IMG/VR virus record: IMGVR_UViG_3300047121_000347
Coordinates: 37,831-101,830 of that record
DNA: 64,000 nt
Strand: one strand, 5' to 3'
Source of the DNA: a virus
Part shown: piece by piece, positions 45,793-54,805 of the stretch
Position numbering within the stretch: position 1 is the stretch's first letter
How the letters are laid out: every line of letters starts with the position of its first letter
Made by a program: the position numbers and the translations under genes
Notes under the pieces: model-generated
Seen by the model: only the letters and a program-made list of their open reading frames with translations
Databases searched by the model: none
What the model was told of the DNA's origin: nothing

Positions 45793-47617
45793 TTTTACGT
45801 TTCCTAGGTTGTTTGGGTGGTGGGGCGATGAGCGCGAGCTCTTCCGAGCTGAGGTAGTTCTCACAACCCACCGCCACGGCGATCTTGATCGCCTCTTTTT
45901 GATACCAAGTGTGGTCGAGATCAGCCGGGTGTTTGATGAAGTCCTCAACGGTCATGCAGGCTCGAGCACCGTCGGTCTTGGGCACCTTGTTATTGTTCTT
46001 GATATAACGTATCGGCTCCAGCGCGGGGTCGTTAGATTGATACCACCGCACCACGCGACCCAAGTACTGACCGGCCTGAGCACCGCCGCCCGTGACGTTA
46101 CGCGCTGAGATGAAGTCTCTGAACGGCGCGGCGTGTATCGTGTCGAGCAGCGGCGTGCCTCGCGCTAACCACTGCCCCACAGCGTCTGAGCAGACCTGCG
46201 CAGTGGGGTTTTTCTTGAGCGACAACGGTGCGTAAATACCTTTAACTTTTAGCGATCGGTCCGGTTTGACGGCGATGTAGTTGTTAACATCCTTCATCGC
46301 CAGCACGCGGTAAGGCGTAAACTCAAAAGCGAACTTAGAAATTTCACCGTACCGACGCACCACCTTTTGAATAGTGTCCTCGAGCGCGGCCGGATACCGA
46401 ATCGCGATACCGTCGGTGTTGGCGGAAAGCGTGGTCGCCCCAGCCAGCTCAAGCCACTCAATCAACATGAGCAGGGTGAACTGCCCAGTCAGCGTCACAG
46501 CGAGCATCAAGTCCGGCGAGTACAGCACCGAGTAACGGCTAGCGAGCTTGCCAAATGTGCCGTTCAAAGAAATCTTGAGCGTGGCGTCCGTGGTCTTATC
46601 ACCAGAACGTTTGGCCTCCAGCCGCCGTTCGTAAATTTTACGATACTCGCGAACGAAGTCCTCACCCAGTCCGGCAGGCACAAAACCACACTCAAGGATG
46701 ATGCTGGGGTAGAAGCTAGCGGCGTCAATGTCACAGATGACGTCGGCCCCAGCGACGTAACACACTTTTCGGTCGTGAACACTATGTATACCTCCCACGC
46801 CGAGCTGATACTCGCCGGTGCCGAACGGTATAGTGCGCTCGCCCAGGAAGTCCGGCAGCACCACATGCCCGGTGTTTTGGTTCATGATGAACGTGTGCTC
46901 AGCCACCCGGTCAAGCAGTCCCTGCAACTGCGCGTCCTGAAACCGCAAAAAGCTCGGCGGCGTATAACGCACCGTACGGGGGATTTCGTTCTCCCGTCGC
47001 TGAAGGCGCATACTGGTAATGTACGCCTGCTCGGCCATCTGAGAATCAGACTTGCTGCGCATGTCGACGCCGTAACGCCGGCTCATCTCCACCCGTAACA
47101 GGACCTCTTTTTCAAGCTGCCGCAGTAGTTCGGCCGTGGTCTCAACGTCGTTGTGGCAGTATTCGAGCAGCGTAGCCTCCTGCTCGGGGCGTATGAGTTC
47201 GGCATGATGAATGGGTAGGTCTTGAAGGCGAGGCATGTGCATGCGAGCGCCGTAGGCTTTTAACCCCACAAACGAAGGAGCCACCTCGATCAGGTCGATC
47301 GAATCAAAACGCAACTCGGGCAGCATGTATTTACGCATCGCGGCCCAGGGCGCTAGGCGGTTACCGATGATATCATCCGCGATGCGTTTGATTTCGGCCT
47401 CCGTGCGGGTGTTGCAGAACGCCGCCACGACGACATTGTCAAACTCCCGCGAGTTGAACCCTACGAAAGTGCCCCCGGAGGTGAGCAGCTTCTTCAGCCG
47501 CTCAGGAGCCTCCGGCTCGTGACGCCATAGGTCAAACCACTCGCCGGTGTCTACGTTCTTGGCGCAGAACAACGTTCGGTTGCGGTAAGTTTCGGTATCA
47601 AACACCCAGGTGCTCAT
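45764..47617 (-). CDS. DNA polymerase, family B-like, with 3'-5' exonuclease
   Basis: FDTE, GFN..FD, YC.ND (exonuclease); D..SFYPS, K.SLNG.FGK, NTDG (polymerase). Confidence 0.9.
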   Translation of the reverse strand: MSTWVFDTETYRNRTLFCAKNVDTGEWFDLWRHEPEAPERLKKLLTSGGTFVGFNSREFDNVVVAAFCNTRTEAEIKRIADDIIGNRLAPWAAMRKYMLPELRFDSIDLIEVAPSFVGLKAYGARMHMPRLQDLPIHHAELIRPEQEATLLEYCHNDVETTAELLRQLEKEVLLRVEMSRRYGVDMRSKSDSQMAEQAYITSMRLQRRENEIPRTVRYTPPSFLRFQDAQLQGLLDRVAEHTFIMNQNTGHVVLPDFLGERTIPFGTGEYQLGVGGIHSVHDRKVCYVAGADVICDIDAASFYPSIILECGFVPAGLGEDFVREYRKIYERRLEAKRSGDKTTDATLKISLNGTFGKLASRYSVLYSPDLMLAVTLTGQFTLLMLIEWLELAGATTLSANTDGIAIRYPAALEDTIQKVVRRYGEISKFAFEFTPYRVLAMKDVNNYIAVKPDRSLKVKGIYAPLSLKKNPTAQVCSDAVGQWLARGTPLLDTIHAAPFRDFISARNVTGGGAQAGQYLGRVVRWYQSNDPALEPIRYIKNNNKVPKTDGARACMTVEDFIKHPADLDHTWYQKEAIKIAVAVGCENYLSSEELALIAPPPKQPRKRKNDNTSTIIR

Positions 47618-47871
47618 CTGTCTTGATTAGTGTAGCCGGAGGTCGGTTCAGCACCGTCGGACTGCTCAGTGTGGCGAGCGATCTCGATGTATTTCTCAAG
47701 AAAGTGCTGTGCCTTGAGCAGGTCCGTGAGACCGTTCTTACGTTTCCAACGCGTTACATATTTAGTGATCTGACCCTGAAAATAGTCAAGGTCGTTAGCG
47801 ACGACGTAGTCCCAGTGCTGAATGCCGGAGCGGTAATGCGAGCCGGCGACTTGTTTTTCGTTAGCACTCAT
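47614..47871 (-). CDS. DUF3310 protein (T7 gp1.7-related, putative nucleotide kinase)
   Basis: QV.G.HY..IQ.WD...G...KY..R...KNG..DL.KA. Confidence 0.75.
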   Translation of the reverse strand: MSANEKQVAGSHYRSGIQHWDYVVANDLDYFQGQITKYVTRWKRKNGLTDLLKAQHFLEKYIEIARHTEQSDGAEPTSGYTNQDR

Positions 47872-48355
47872 AACGTAACCCCTTGATGATGTTGAAAAGG
47901 TCAAGCTCACGACCCGACAGGATAAACTCATGCGCGTACGCAACGTAACGATCGTGAACCTCGAGCATCCGCCGGTTGCCGAGCTGCACCTCACGTAGGC
48001 AAAACACCGCCCCGTGAGCTATGTCGGCGAGCTTGAGCGTGCGCTGATCGCAGGCGTTGAGCTCGGGGTACACGATGCCCGCATCGAGCATTAGCCGCCG
48101 CTCGAGTTTATCAACCTGATCGCCTATGCCGTATTCGCGTTTGGCTGGCGAGGGGATGTCGCCCGTATACTGCTCGGCGAGGTCATGAAACAACGCAGCC
48201 AGGAGCAACTGACGACTGGCGTCCGGGTTTAGCAGCAAGGTAAAACAGGCAACACCATGCGAATGGTGACCGACGGTTTCAGTTTGCAGGGTCGTGAGCG
48301 TGTGAAAGCGTTTGACTTCGCTTCCGTTGATGATGAACTGAAGGGTTTTTCTCAT
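47861..48355 (-). CDS. HD-domain deoxynucleotide phosphohydrolase (YfbR/DatZ-like)
   Basis: VKRFH, ETV.HHS, ALFHDLAE..TGDIP.P.K, KLAD. Confidence 0.85.
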   Translation of the reverse strand: MRKTLQFIINGSEVKRFHTLTTLQTETVGHHSHGVACFTLLLNPDASRQLLLAALFHDLAEQYTGDIPSPAKREYGIGDQVDKLERRLMLDAGIVYPELNACDQRTLKLADIAHGAVFCLREVQLGNRRMLEVHDRYVAYAHEFILSGRELDLFNIIKGLRYEC

Positions 48356-48397
48356 GTCAGAGTTCTCAAGTTAAAAGTTATAAAGCTAGAACGGTAA

Positions 48398-48426
48398 AGT
48401 ATAGGCCACATTTGTTGAAACGCAAA
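48398..48426 (-). promoter_or_regulatory. Putative internal promoter (TTTGCG-17-TATACT)
   Basis: Lies in the AT-rich gap upstream of HD-DUF3310-Pol. Confidence 0.45.
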
Positions 48427-48427
48427 A

Positions 48428-49417
48428 TTAGCGCTTGCGAGCTGCTTCGCGCCGCTCAACCCAGTCCATGGTTGCGCTACGCCAATCGGTAGCCCGAACC
48501 GAAGCGGCCTCCACCCGGCCCGTTTCCCCTGCCCGGCGAGCCGCACTGACCATAGCCATCGGGCGGGCGACCTCGCTCAGGAAAGTGTTACGGTATGGGT
48601 TGTTAGCCAGCGGGTCGGTGCAGAACCACTCACACTCGTACAGGAACAGCTGCGGGTCGGGCTCGGTCATCAACGCACGCGGCGTAACCATCCCCCGCCA
48701 GTACCGATCAAATTCACTCGCCTGAGGTGGGAGGCTGATATACTGGTCGGCTTTGTACAGGTGGGTGTAGAGGTGCATGTTGGCGCTGACCTGCCGGTAG
48801 ATCCCGAGCGGCACTCCGAGCGCGGTGGCTATGAACTCCTGCAGCACGCTGAAATGCACCGCGTTAGCACCCAACGCACCCCACCAGATATCATTGCTAC
48901 GGTTCAACACGGTCATGTCGAGTCGGCCGGCTTGGGTTTCAAAGATGATCTGCGTGTTGCAGGCTTTGTCTTTGGTGGTCTTGGTGAGATCGGCTGGGTC
49001 CCAGATCTGCACCACCGCCTGACGGCTCTGGGGGTCGCGACGTAACACGTCTATCACCGCGAGCAGTTGATCAAAACCAAAGTGCCGACGCCAGCGGTAA
49101 CCGTACGCAGCGTTAAACGTCACGCCGTCATCGCTATACTGCCTGATGCGACTGTTGAACCGCTCAAGAAACGCGACGTCGTTGCGCCCCGCGAGCATCC
49201 AAATCGACTCCAGCAGGTGAAATATCGGGTTAGCGTCACGCCCCTCATGAAACAACACCCGCTCCTGAGGTTTGAGGTAAGTGATGATGAAAGTGTCTGT
49301 GAACGTAATAGCGGGTCCGTTACGCGTATTGCGCAGGTGCGTAGGATACGTGCGGAGCTTCCAGAATACCTCCGCGAACGCTTCGTTGACGTTGGTGGCT
49401 GTGATTGTATAGGACAT
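48428..49417 (-). CDS. Thymidylate synthase-family dUMP hydroxymethylase
   Basis: TRNG, RDANP.F, YSDDG..AYG.R, SRQAV, D.AC, RSND..WG..GAN (Asn indicates dUMP specificity), N.H.Y. Confidence 0.85.
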   Translation of the reverse strand: MSYTITATNVNEAFAEVFWKLRTYPTHLRNTRNGPAITFTDTFIITYLKPQERVLFHEGRDANPIFHLLESIWMLAGRNDVAFLERFNSRIRQYSDDGVTFNAAYGYRWRRHFGFDQLLAVIDVLRRDPQSRQAVVQIWDPADLTKTTKDKACNTQIIFETQAGRLDMTVLNRSNDIWWGALGANAVHFSVLQEFIATALGVPLGIYRQVSANMHLYTHLYKADQYISLPPQASEFDRYWRGMVTPRALMTEPDPQLFLYECEWFCTDPLANNPYRNTFLSEVARPMAMVSAARRAGETGRVEAASVRATDWRSATMDWVERREAARKR

Positions 49418-49421
49418 GATC

Positions 49422-50342
49422 TTAGAACGCCTTCTCGGGTTTGTATCGGGTCTTGGGGACGCCTTCGCCCAGCACAGTGCGAGCGTACTTGCTGTACTCG
49501 CACATGACGTTCTGCACGTCGTGTAGGGTGAGGTCGGTGATGTCGAGCTTTGTTTTGATCGCTTCGTTCAGTTCGATGAGCTTTTTGTTGAACTGCGCCG
49601 GGTTCCACACCGCGAAAGGCTTACGCCCGGTTAGGTAGTTCAACCCTCTCAAGCTACCCGGCCCTATGGGAGCGTAGGTGTAGAGATCCAACGCAGTGCC
49701 CAGGTGCTCATCCGAGTAGGTCAAGTCGGCGGCCACCTGTCCAGCCATAAAGGTGCTGATGCCAAAACTACCGGCGAGTAGGTTCACAAACTTCTCGATG
49801 CTCGGCTTGGCGTAACTGAGCTCTTCCTCAATCGCCTCCTGCAGCTGCGCGGCCGGCTGAATAATATGCCGAGCGATGGCGAGGCTTTTCAAACCGTCGG
49901 GGTCTTTCTTAGTGGGGTAAACCATATACGCCCCGCTGTAGATCTTATCAACCTTGCTGCGATAGTCCTCAACCACTCGGCTGAACGCCTCGGGTGAGAA
50001 GTCACGCGGCGCGACGGGCAACTGTTTCTCGTAGATTAACGTGAGCAGCGTTGGCGGCCAGTTGATGAGCCGAGCGATGAGCAACGTGAACCACAGGTCA
50101 GGACGTTTCTCATCGGGTTGGATCAAATACCTGATGATCCAACGGGAAACGCGGTCATCCCGGCGACGAATGTTCGTGAACTTGTAATCGCGCAGGATAG
50201 GGTCCTCGGTAAACGGAGGAGCCACACCGCTGCTATAAGCGATGTTGACTACTTCGCGTTCCCATACGAAGTAGAGCAACCCGTCAACCGAGGCGACCTG
50301 CTCAGCGGTGGTGGGGCGCGGGTAGGGACATTCTTCAATCAT
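49422..50342 (-). CDS. 5-hmU DNA kinase helical domain protein (aGPT-Pplase1-like)
   Basis: ERE, P.T.DPIL..YKFTN..R.DDRVS, R.IN.P, F.A.Q...DL, GPG...GL, QN..CE..KY. Confidence 0.8.
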   Translation of the reverse strand: MIEECPYPRPTTAEQVASVDGLLYFVWEREVVNIAYSSGVAPPFTEDPILRDYKFTNIRRRDDRVSRWIIRYLIQPDEKRPDLWFTLLIARLINWPPTLLTLIYEKQLPVAPRDFSPEAFSRVVEDYRSKVDKIYSGAYMVYPTKKDPDGLKSLAIARHIIQPAAQLQEAIEEELSYAKPSIEKFVNLLAGSFGISTFMAGQVAADLTYSDEHLGTALDLYTYAPIGPGSLRGLNYLTGRKPFAVWNPAQFNKKLIELNEAIKTKLDITDLTLHDVQNVMCEYSKYARTVLGEGVPKTRYKPEKAF

Positions 50343-50905
50343 GCTTCAAACTCCTCAATTATGCTCATGAGTTGCGGATGTGGGTCGGTGTAGTCGATGA
50401 GCCGCACGTCATAGCCCGCTGCGCGGAGGTTTTTATAACAGTTCACCACCGAATCGAACTTATCGACAAGGTTCTTCGGGTTAAATGGTTTCTCATTACC
50501 GGCGGTCAGGCGACGTTGCTTGACGCGCTCTATGCACAACTCGAGCGGGGTGTTCAGGAAAGCGTACACGTCACAGCCCGTGGGGTGAACGGCCTGGGTT
50601 ACGGCTCCGCCGAGCCCACTCGCTGAGACCAACGCCCCTTCATAGAGCACGTGGCCTAGCGGGTGGGCGCGGAGGATCTTCTCGGCTATCTCAGCCTGGG
50701 TCTTGATGGCATCCGTACCGCCGCAGGTGTTATCGTACTTGCCGATCACATACACCGGCCGTTTCAGCTGGGTAGGAGCGACCCGATAACCGGCGATTCG
50801 CGCTCCGCTCATCAATGTGTCGTTCGGGTAGGAAAAGAATTGACGCACGGCGGTGGTCTTACCCGACCCAAAGGTGCCCGCCACACGCAGTATCACGTTA
50901 CGCAT
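50339..50905 (-). CDS. P-loop kinase, putative 5-hmU DNA kinase catalytic domain
   Basis: G..GSGKTT, GKY...CGG.D, EG, C..RV..RR...N.K; ATGA overlap with the helical-domain gene. Confidence 0.8.
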   Translation of the reverse strand: MRNVILRVAGTFGSGKTTAVRQFFSYPNDTLMSGARIAGYRVAPTQLKRPVYVIGKYDNTCGGTDAIKTQAEIAEKILRAHPLGHVLYEGALVSASGLGGAVTQAVHPTGCDVYAFLNTPLELCIERVKQRRLTAGNEKPFNPKNLVDKFDSVVNCYKNLRAAGYDVRLIDYTDPHPQLMSIIEEFEA

Positions 50906-50920
50906 GTTCTCAGTTCTCCG

Positions 50921-51931
50921 TTATAGAAAGTGTTCCGCTCGGTAGGGTTGCCCCTGCTCGGGAAATATACCTGCTTTTTCCCGCAAAGACAAGCGCTCCG
51001 TTTCACATTCAGCGCGCAACCAATCCGGCAGGTTCAAGCTCCTGATGTCTTTGAACACTCCGGTGAACTCACTCAGACCACGAGCATCCGCCCACTCGAT
51101 CCGTTCCCAGGCCATATCGGCGTAAACACCGGGGTAGCGTCGTCCGAAGAAATGATTCTTGAACGTACAAAGGTTACTCTCCAACGTGAAGAACGAGGCG
51201 TTGGGCGTGTCGTAGTTGGCTTCCGTAAAGTCAAATAGTACGTTGTCAGCCTCACGACTCAGCCAGTTACACATCCCTTCAAAGTTAAAATAATTGCCGT
51301 CAAAATCATTGTTAGCGCGTTTATCCCAGACCAGTTGGTCATGCCCGGTGAGGAACAACATACCGTTGCGATGTGAACGAGAACCAGATTTATCACTAAA
51401 AAGCAGATCATCACAGTCGGCTCCGTATCCGTTCAGGTGGACGTACTCCAGGTAACTGAACGATGATAACCGACCAAACGAGAAGTAGTGGTTGCGTACA
51501 AGTTTCCACAACTCGGCGTAGGTCTTTCCGGTGAGCATAGCGAACTGCGAGCCGCCGTGTTCGGCCACCAAGTTGGCGTAGGTCTTTATGGCTTCGACGG
51601 TGTCGGCTTTTTGATACCGTCGGTCGGTGTCGTACTGCAGCCGGTCCCACTCCGCGTTGAACCACTCGCTGAATTGTGTTAGAGCCGCGCCGGGCGGCGG
51701 AACACCGGGCAGCCGGGAAGCCAACCTGAGCGAAGTAATGGGGTTCTGAGTGAGACCGTTCAAAAAGGCAAACCAGAGCTTCTGCTCATGGTCCCAGCCG
51801 TAACGCTGCGCCAGTTCGGGCATGTACAAGTACACCAACCCCGGCATGATTCCGTAAGTCAGGTTCAGACCGTAGAGCTTATCAAAGTACTCGCGACGGT
51901 TTTCCGGCAATCGGTAATCTTTAACGCTCAC
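50921..51931 (-). CDS. Amino acid:DNA transferase (aGPT-Pplase2-like)
   Basis: W.AF..G.T, DRRY.K, FGR...F.Y.E (HhH-like), ES.LC..K...RYPG.Y; GTG start with GAGGAG RBS. Confidence 0.75.
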   Translation of the reverse strand: MSVKDYRLPENRREYFDKLYGLNLTYGIMPGLVYLYMPELAQRYGWDHEQKLWFAFLNGLTQNPITSLRLASRLPGVPPPGAALTQFSEWFNAEWDRLQYDTDRRYQKADTVEAIKTYANLVAEHGGSQFAMLTGKTYAELWKLVRNHYFSFGRLSSFSYLEYVHLNGYGADCDDLLFSDKSGSRSHRNGMLFLTGHDQLVWDKRANNDFDGNYFNFEGMCNWLSREADNVLFDFTEANYDTPNASFFTLESNLCTFKNHFFGRRYPGVYADMAWERIEWADARGLSEFTGVFKDIRSLNLPDWLRAECETERLSLREKAGIFPEQGQPYRAEHFL

Positions 51932-52884
51932 TGCACACTCCTCAGGTAGTAGGGTTCGATGACTTTGGGGTTGGGCGCGGAGCCTACAATCCAGAAACCC
52001 CAAGAGTCGTCCTGCGGGATGAACCGACGCTCGCGCTGCCAGCGCCAGATCTTGGCTTCGTAGGTGGGGTGAAACTCGATGCTGCTAAACCGCTCGCCCT
52101 TGAACTTATCGCTATACCGACTGTACCCCGTGGTGTGGAGGCTGTAATGCTGCCACGCGAACGGCAGGTTCGTAACGTCGATACCGATCTTCTGCATACG
52201 CTCGCGCACCCAGGTGTGCTTTTCGGGGCCGATACCGATCGTGACAAGGCGCTTGAGGTTGTGCGGTCTGCGGCTCAACCCTAGCAGCACGCTGCAAAGG
52301 CTGTTGCACGACCCGGCGGGCATGACCAGATTTTCAACCGAATCGGGAAGGTTTTCAACCTGCCGAGCGCCGACCTCATGAAACTTACGCACGTCGTCGG
52401 CCGGGTAGCGTTCATGAGGTACGGTGATACCATACTCAACGACCAGCGACTTCTCCTGCGTCAGGTCGGCCACCCGGCGCTGAATGATCGGGTTGTACGG
52501 ACCGTTGGTGTACTCAAACTCAGCGCCGAACCCGTAGGCTATACGCGGGTTTTCATGGCTCAAAACTGTCTCCGGCTTACTGTACACCACCTGACGAGCA
52601 CGGAGTCCGTAATGTGCACCCACTATAGCGGACATGCTCAGCTGGGGGGACTGAATGCTCGCGCCGGTGACGATGTGCGTCTTACCTTCGCGATACCGAT
52701 TCACGTACCAAATCAACTGCCGCATCTTTGACCCGTTGGGACCGCCGTAACCGAGCGGAGCAAAGTAGTCATCGCGTTTGAACCAGATACCGTCGTGGTT
52801 CTCCCACGGGGTGAACGCCCCGAGGTACGCCTCCCACTGTATCTGATCGCGGTTCAGGGCGAACTGCGGAAACACGCTGCTCAT
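51928..52884 (-). CDS. PLP-dependent enzyme (fold II), putative DNA-amino acid decarboxylase
   Basis: TP....WFKRDD...NGSKMRQ, SPQ, PAGS, PTYEAK. Confidence 0.8.
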   Translation of the reverse strand: MSSVFPQFALNRDQIQWEAYLGAFTPWENHDGIWFKRDDYFAPLGYGGPNGSKMRQLIWYVNRYREGKTHIVTGASIQSPQLSMSAIVGAHYGLRARQVVYSKPETVLSHENPRIAYGFGAEFEYTNGPYNPIIQRRVADLTQEKSLVVEYGITVPHERYPADDVRKFHEVGARQVENLPDSVENLVMPAGSCNSLCSVLLGLSRRPHNLKRLVTIGIGPEKHTWVRERMQKIGIDVTNLPFAWQHYSLHTTGYSRYSDKFKGERFSSIEFHPTYEAKIWRWQRERRFIPQDDSWGFWIVGSAPNPKVIEPYYLRSVQ

Positions 52885-53015
52885 ATCAGGTTCCATCCGA
52901 AGTTAAACAGCAGGTTAAGAATACGCAAGCCCAACCCCAGCAGCACCGATCCGCTAAGGAGCAAGATCACCCAGCTCATGATCCACAAGAGGAAATAAAC
53001 ATTTTCACGCGACAT
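52881..53015 (-). CDS. 44-aa membrane protein not in the ORF track (MSRENVYFLLWIMSWVILLLSG...)
   Basis: AAGGAG RBS; ATGA overlap with the PLP gene. Confidence 0.65.
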   Translation of the reverse strand: MSRENVYFLLWIMSWVILLLSGSVLLGLGLRILNLLFNFGWNLI

Positions 53016-53463
53016 TTCTAAGCTCCTTAGCGGTTAGTTGATACCGACGGCCGTTCATCTCGGCCACGGCGGCTTCGCCACGCTTGGCGGCTTCATACAG
53101 TTTGCGGGTCAGGCGGTCTTGCTGCCCGCTGCTCATCCAGTCAGGGTGCTGCTTCCACATCTGATGAGCGTTGGGCCAGGTCTCCATAGTATCCAAGCAG
53201 CGGATTTCACGGGACAGTTTAAGCGTATCGCGCATGGCCTCTCGCTTGAGCGGCTGCTCGGTCTTGCGTGCCGGGGGGCGCTGGTTCAAGACTTTACTAT
53301 GCGAGGCGGCCTGCAACGACTCCCACAGATCAGAGCAACGCTTGATGGCTGTGGGTCGGTCGCTGAACCGACGGACGGGACGCTCGGCATACTGATTGTA
53401 GAACGCGATGAGCGCCGGGGTGGTGAGTTCGTTAAAATTCATCATGGTCGTGGGTCCTATCAA
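53005..53463 (-). CDS. Hypothetical protein
   Basis: L...YN....PVRRFSDR.TA motif; operon packing. Confidence 0.65.
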   Translation of the reverse strand: MIGPTTMMNFNELTTPALIAFYNQYAERPVRRFSDRPTAIKRCSDLWESLQAASHSKVLNQRPPARKTEQPLKREAMRDTLKLSREIRCLDTMETWPNAHQMWKQHPDWMSSGQQDRLTRKLYEAAKRGEAAVAEMNGRRYQLTAKELRNVA

Positions 53464-53678
53464 AAAGGGGCTTCTTCAAAATCTTCAACACTCGGGGGTG
53501 ACTTGGGGGTGCGCACGGCTTTGACTTGCGAGATGTGGAGGATGACCCACTGCGGAAATGGCCAGTTGGTCTCTTGATTGATGAGCCGCACTGAACATCC
53601 CCCGTCAGCATGAATCGCCTCCAGCACACCCAGGCCTGAAGGCGTCATCACACGATCGCCTTGTTGATGGTAACGCAT
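53460..53678 (-). CDS. Small SH3/KOW-like hypothetical protein
   Basis: GDRV.TPSGLG; ends EEAPF. Confidence 0.6.
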   Translation of the reverse strand: MRYHQQGDRVMTPSGLGVLEAIHADGGCSVRLINQETNWPFPQWVILHISQVKAVRTPKSPPSVEDFEEAPF

Positions 53679-53681
53679 CGT

Positions 53682-53888
53682 TCAAACCCCCTCAACAACG
53701 TACTCAGCGTCCAGCGGTGCGTCGATAGCCGCGAGGTAATCCTCGACGGCGTCTTGCTGCGTCGCGCCGTGGCCAATCGGGTCACCGGGCTCGTAGTCCG
53801 GGCTGCAAGCCGCCCAGTCAAAACAGCGCACCGGAATAGGAGCTAGGCGAAATGATACGTGGATTTTAATCACGGCGAAACCTCTCAC
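53682..53888 (-). CDS. Hypothetical protein
   Basis: PIP.R.FDW.A...YE.GDP.G.G.T..A motif. Confidence 0.65.
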   Translation of the reverse strand: MRGFAVIKIHVSFRLAPIPVRCFDWAACSPDYEPGDPIGHGATQQDAVEDYLAAIDAPLDAEYVVEGV

Positions 53889-54144
53889 TCAACAGATGCT
53901 GAACCTCGGTTCGAATTTCTTCGTCCTCAGCCCAGGTGGCTTTGGCGGCTAGCTCGGGGGACAACTGGCCGTCTTCATCAAGCACGTGCCACTCGCAGTC
54001 AAACCAGCCGTGGTAGTCAAGGTCGCTGGCGGCGTTGCGGTTAAACGTGCCGCGTACGCTCTCGTAGGACAACACGCCGATGATGCACGGAACACCGCCG
54101 ATGCGGTGCTCGAACGTGAGGAGGTACTTGTCCGGGGTGGTCAT
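53866..54144 (-). CDS. Hypothetical protein
   Basis: GVPC, A.SD.DY.G motif; GAGGAG RBS. Confidence 0.65.
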   Translation of the reverse strand: MTTPDKYLLTFEHRIGGVPCIIGVLSYESVRGTFNRNAASDLDYHGWFDCEWHVLDEDGQLSPELAAKATWAEDEEIRTEVQHLLSERFRRD

Positions 54145-54149
54145 TTGGG

Positions 54150-54335
54150 TTACTCCTCGACGGTGACTTCGAGTTGAGCAGCTTCAATCGCGTGCTTCAG
54201 AGGCCACACCGCTAACCAGGCTTCGGCCTGCAACGCGCCGACGTATTGCGGGTCTTGAAACGTCTTCATGCTTGCTCTTTCGATCTTGCTGAGCACTTCG
54301 ATGACTTTAACAAGTTGGCTGACTGTGACTTTCAT
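54150..54335 (-). CDS. Hypothetical protein
   Basis: 61 aa with an AACTC-repeat leader and AAGGA RBS. Confidence 0.6.
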   Translation of the reverse strand: MKVTVSQLVKVIEVLSKIERASMKTFQDPQYVGALQAEAWLAVWPLKHAIEAAQLEVTVEE

Positions 54336-54364
54336 TTTGAGTTCCTTTGAGTTGTTGAGTTATG

Positions 54365-54380
54365 AGGGGCCGAAGCCCCG
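54365..54380 (-). terminator. GC hairpin (GGGGC-TTCG-GCCCC) with a weak U-tract
   Basis: UUCG tetraloop directly after the 54388-54720 stop. Confidence 0.45.
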
Positions 54381-54387
54381 TTGGTAA

Positions 54388-54720
54388 TTAAAGTGAAGTG
54401 ACTTTGACGCTGAAAACAGCTGAAACCTTGGTGTTTTTGGCGACCAAGTTGCTGATGACACTGTTGATGTCGATCTGAGGGTTCTGCTGTTGGATGAGGT
54501 CAGCGAGTACCGTTACAATGGATTTGTAGTCAACCGTTGCGCGGTTGCTCTCGCTGTAAGTCGCTTTGAACAATACACCCTCGACGACCTTAGCACCGCC
54601 GGCGCTAGCAGCGTCTTTGATTTGGTTCTTGATTTCCTCGGCACGAGCCTCGAGGGTTTTGATCTCAGCGAGCAACGCGCCGAGCTGATCAATACTGGTG
54701 AGTTTGAGATCGTTAAGCAT
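54388..54720 (-). CDS. Conserved early hypothetical protein
   Basis: ID.LG.L.A.I..L, EG.LFKAT; GGAGAACT RBS. Confidence 0.75.
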   Translation of the reverse strand: MLNDLKLTSIDQLGALLAEIKTLEARAEEIKNQIKDAASAGGAKVVEGVLFKATYSESNRATVDYKSIVTVLADLIQQQNPQIDINSVISNLVAKNTKVSAVFSVKVTSL

Positions 54721-54762
54721 TTGAAGTTCTCCGAGTTAGTAAGTTATCAAGGTACAACGGTT

Positions 54763-54793
54763 TGAATTAAAACTCATTTCAAACGTGGATTGA
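54763..54793 (-). promoter_or_regulatory. Conserved early promoter-like element TCAATCCACG-N4-AAATRAGTTTTAATTCA
   Basis: 26/31 identical to 59155-59185 on the opposite strand. Confidence 0.65.
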
Positions 54794-54805
54794 GGGTATA
54801 ACCAT

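Noticed and set aside
47861-48355. Z-genome (2-aminoadenine) system
   Set aside because: DatZ-like HD gene is present but no PurZ/MazZ; neighbours point to hmU.
48428-49417. dCMP hydroxymethylase (hmC pathway)
   Set aside because: The specificity position reads Asn (GAN), not Asp; no glycosyltransferase; hmU kinase and transferase genes are adjacent.
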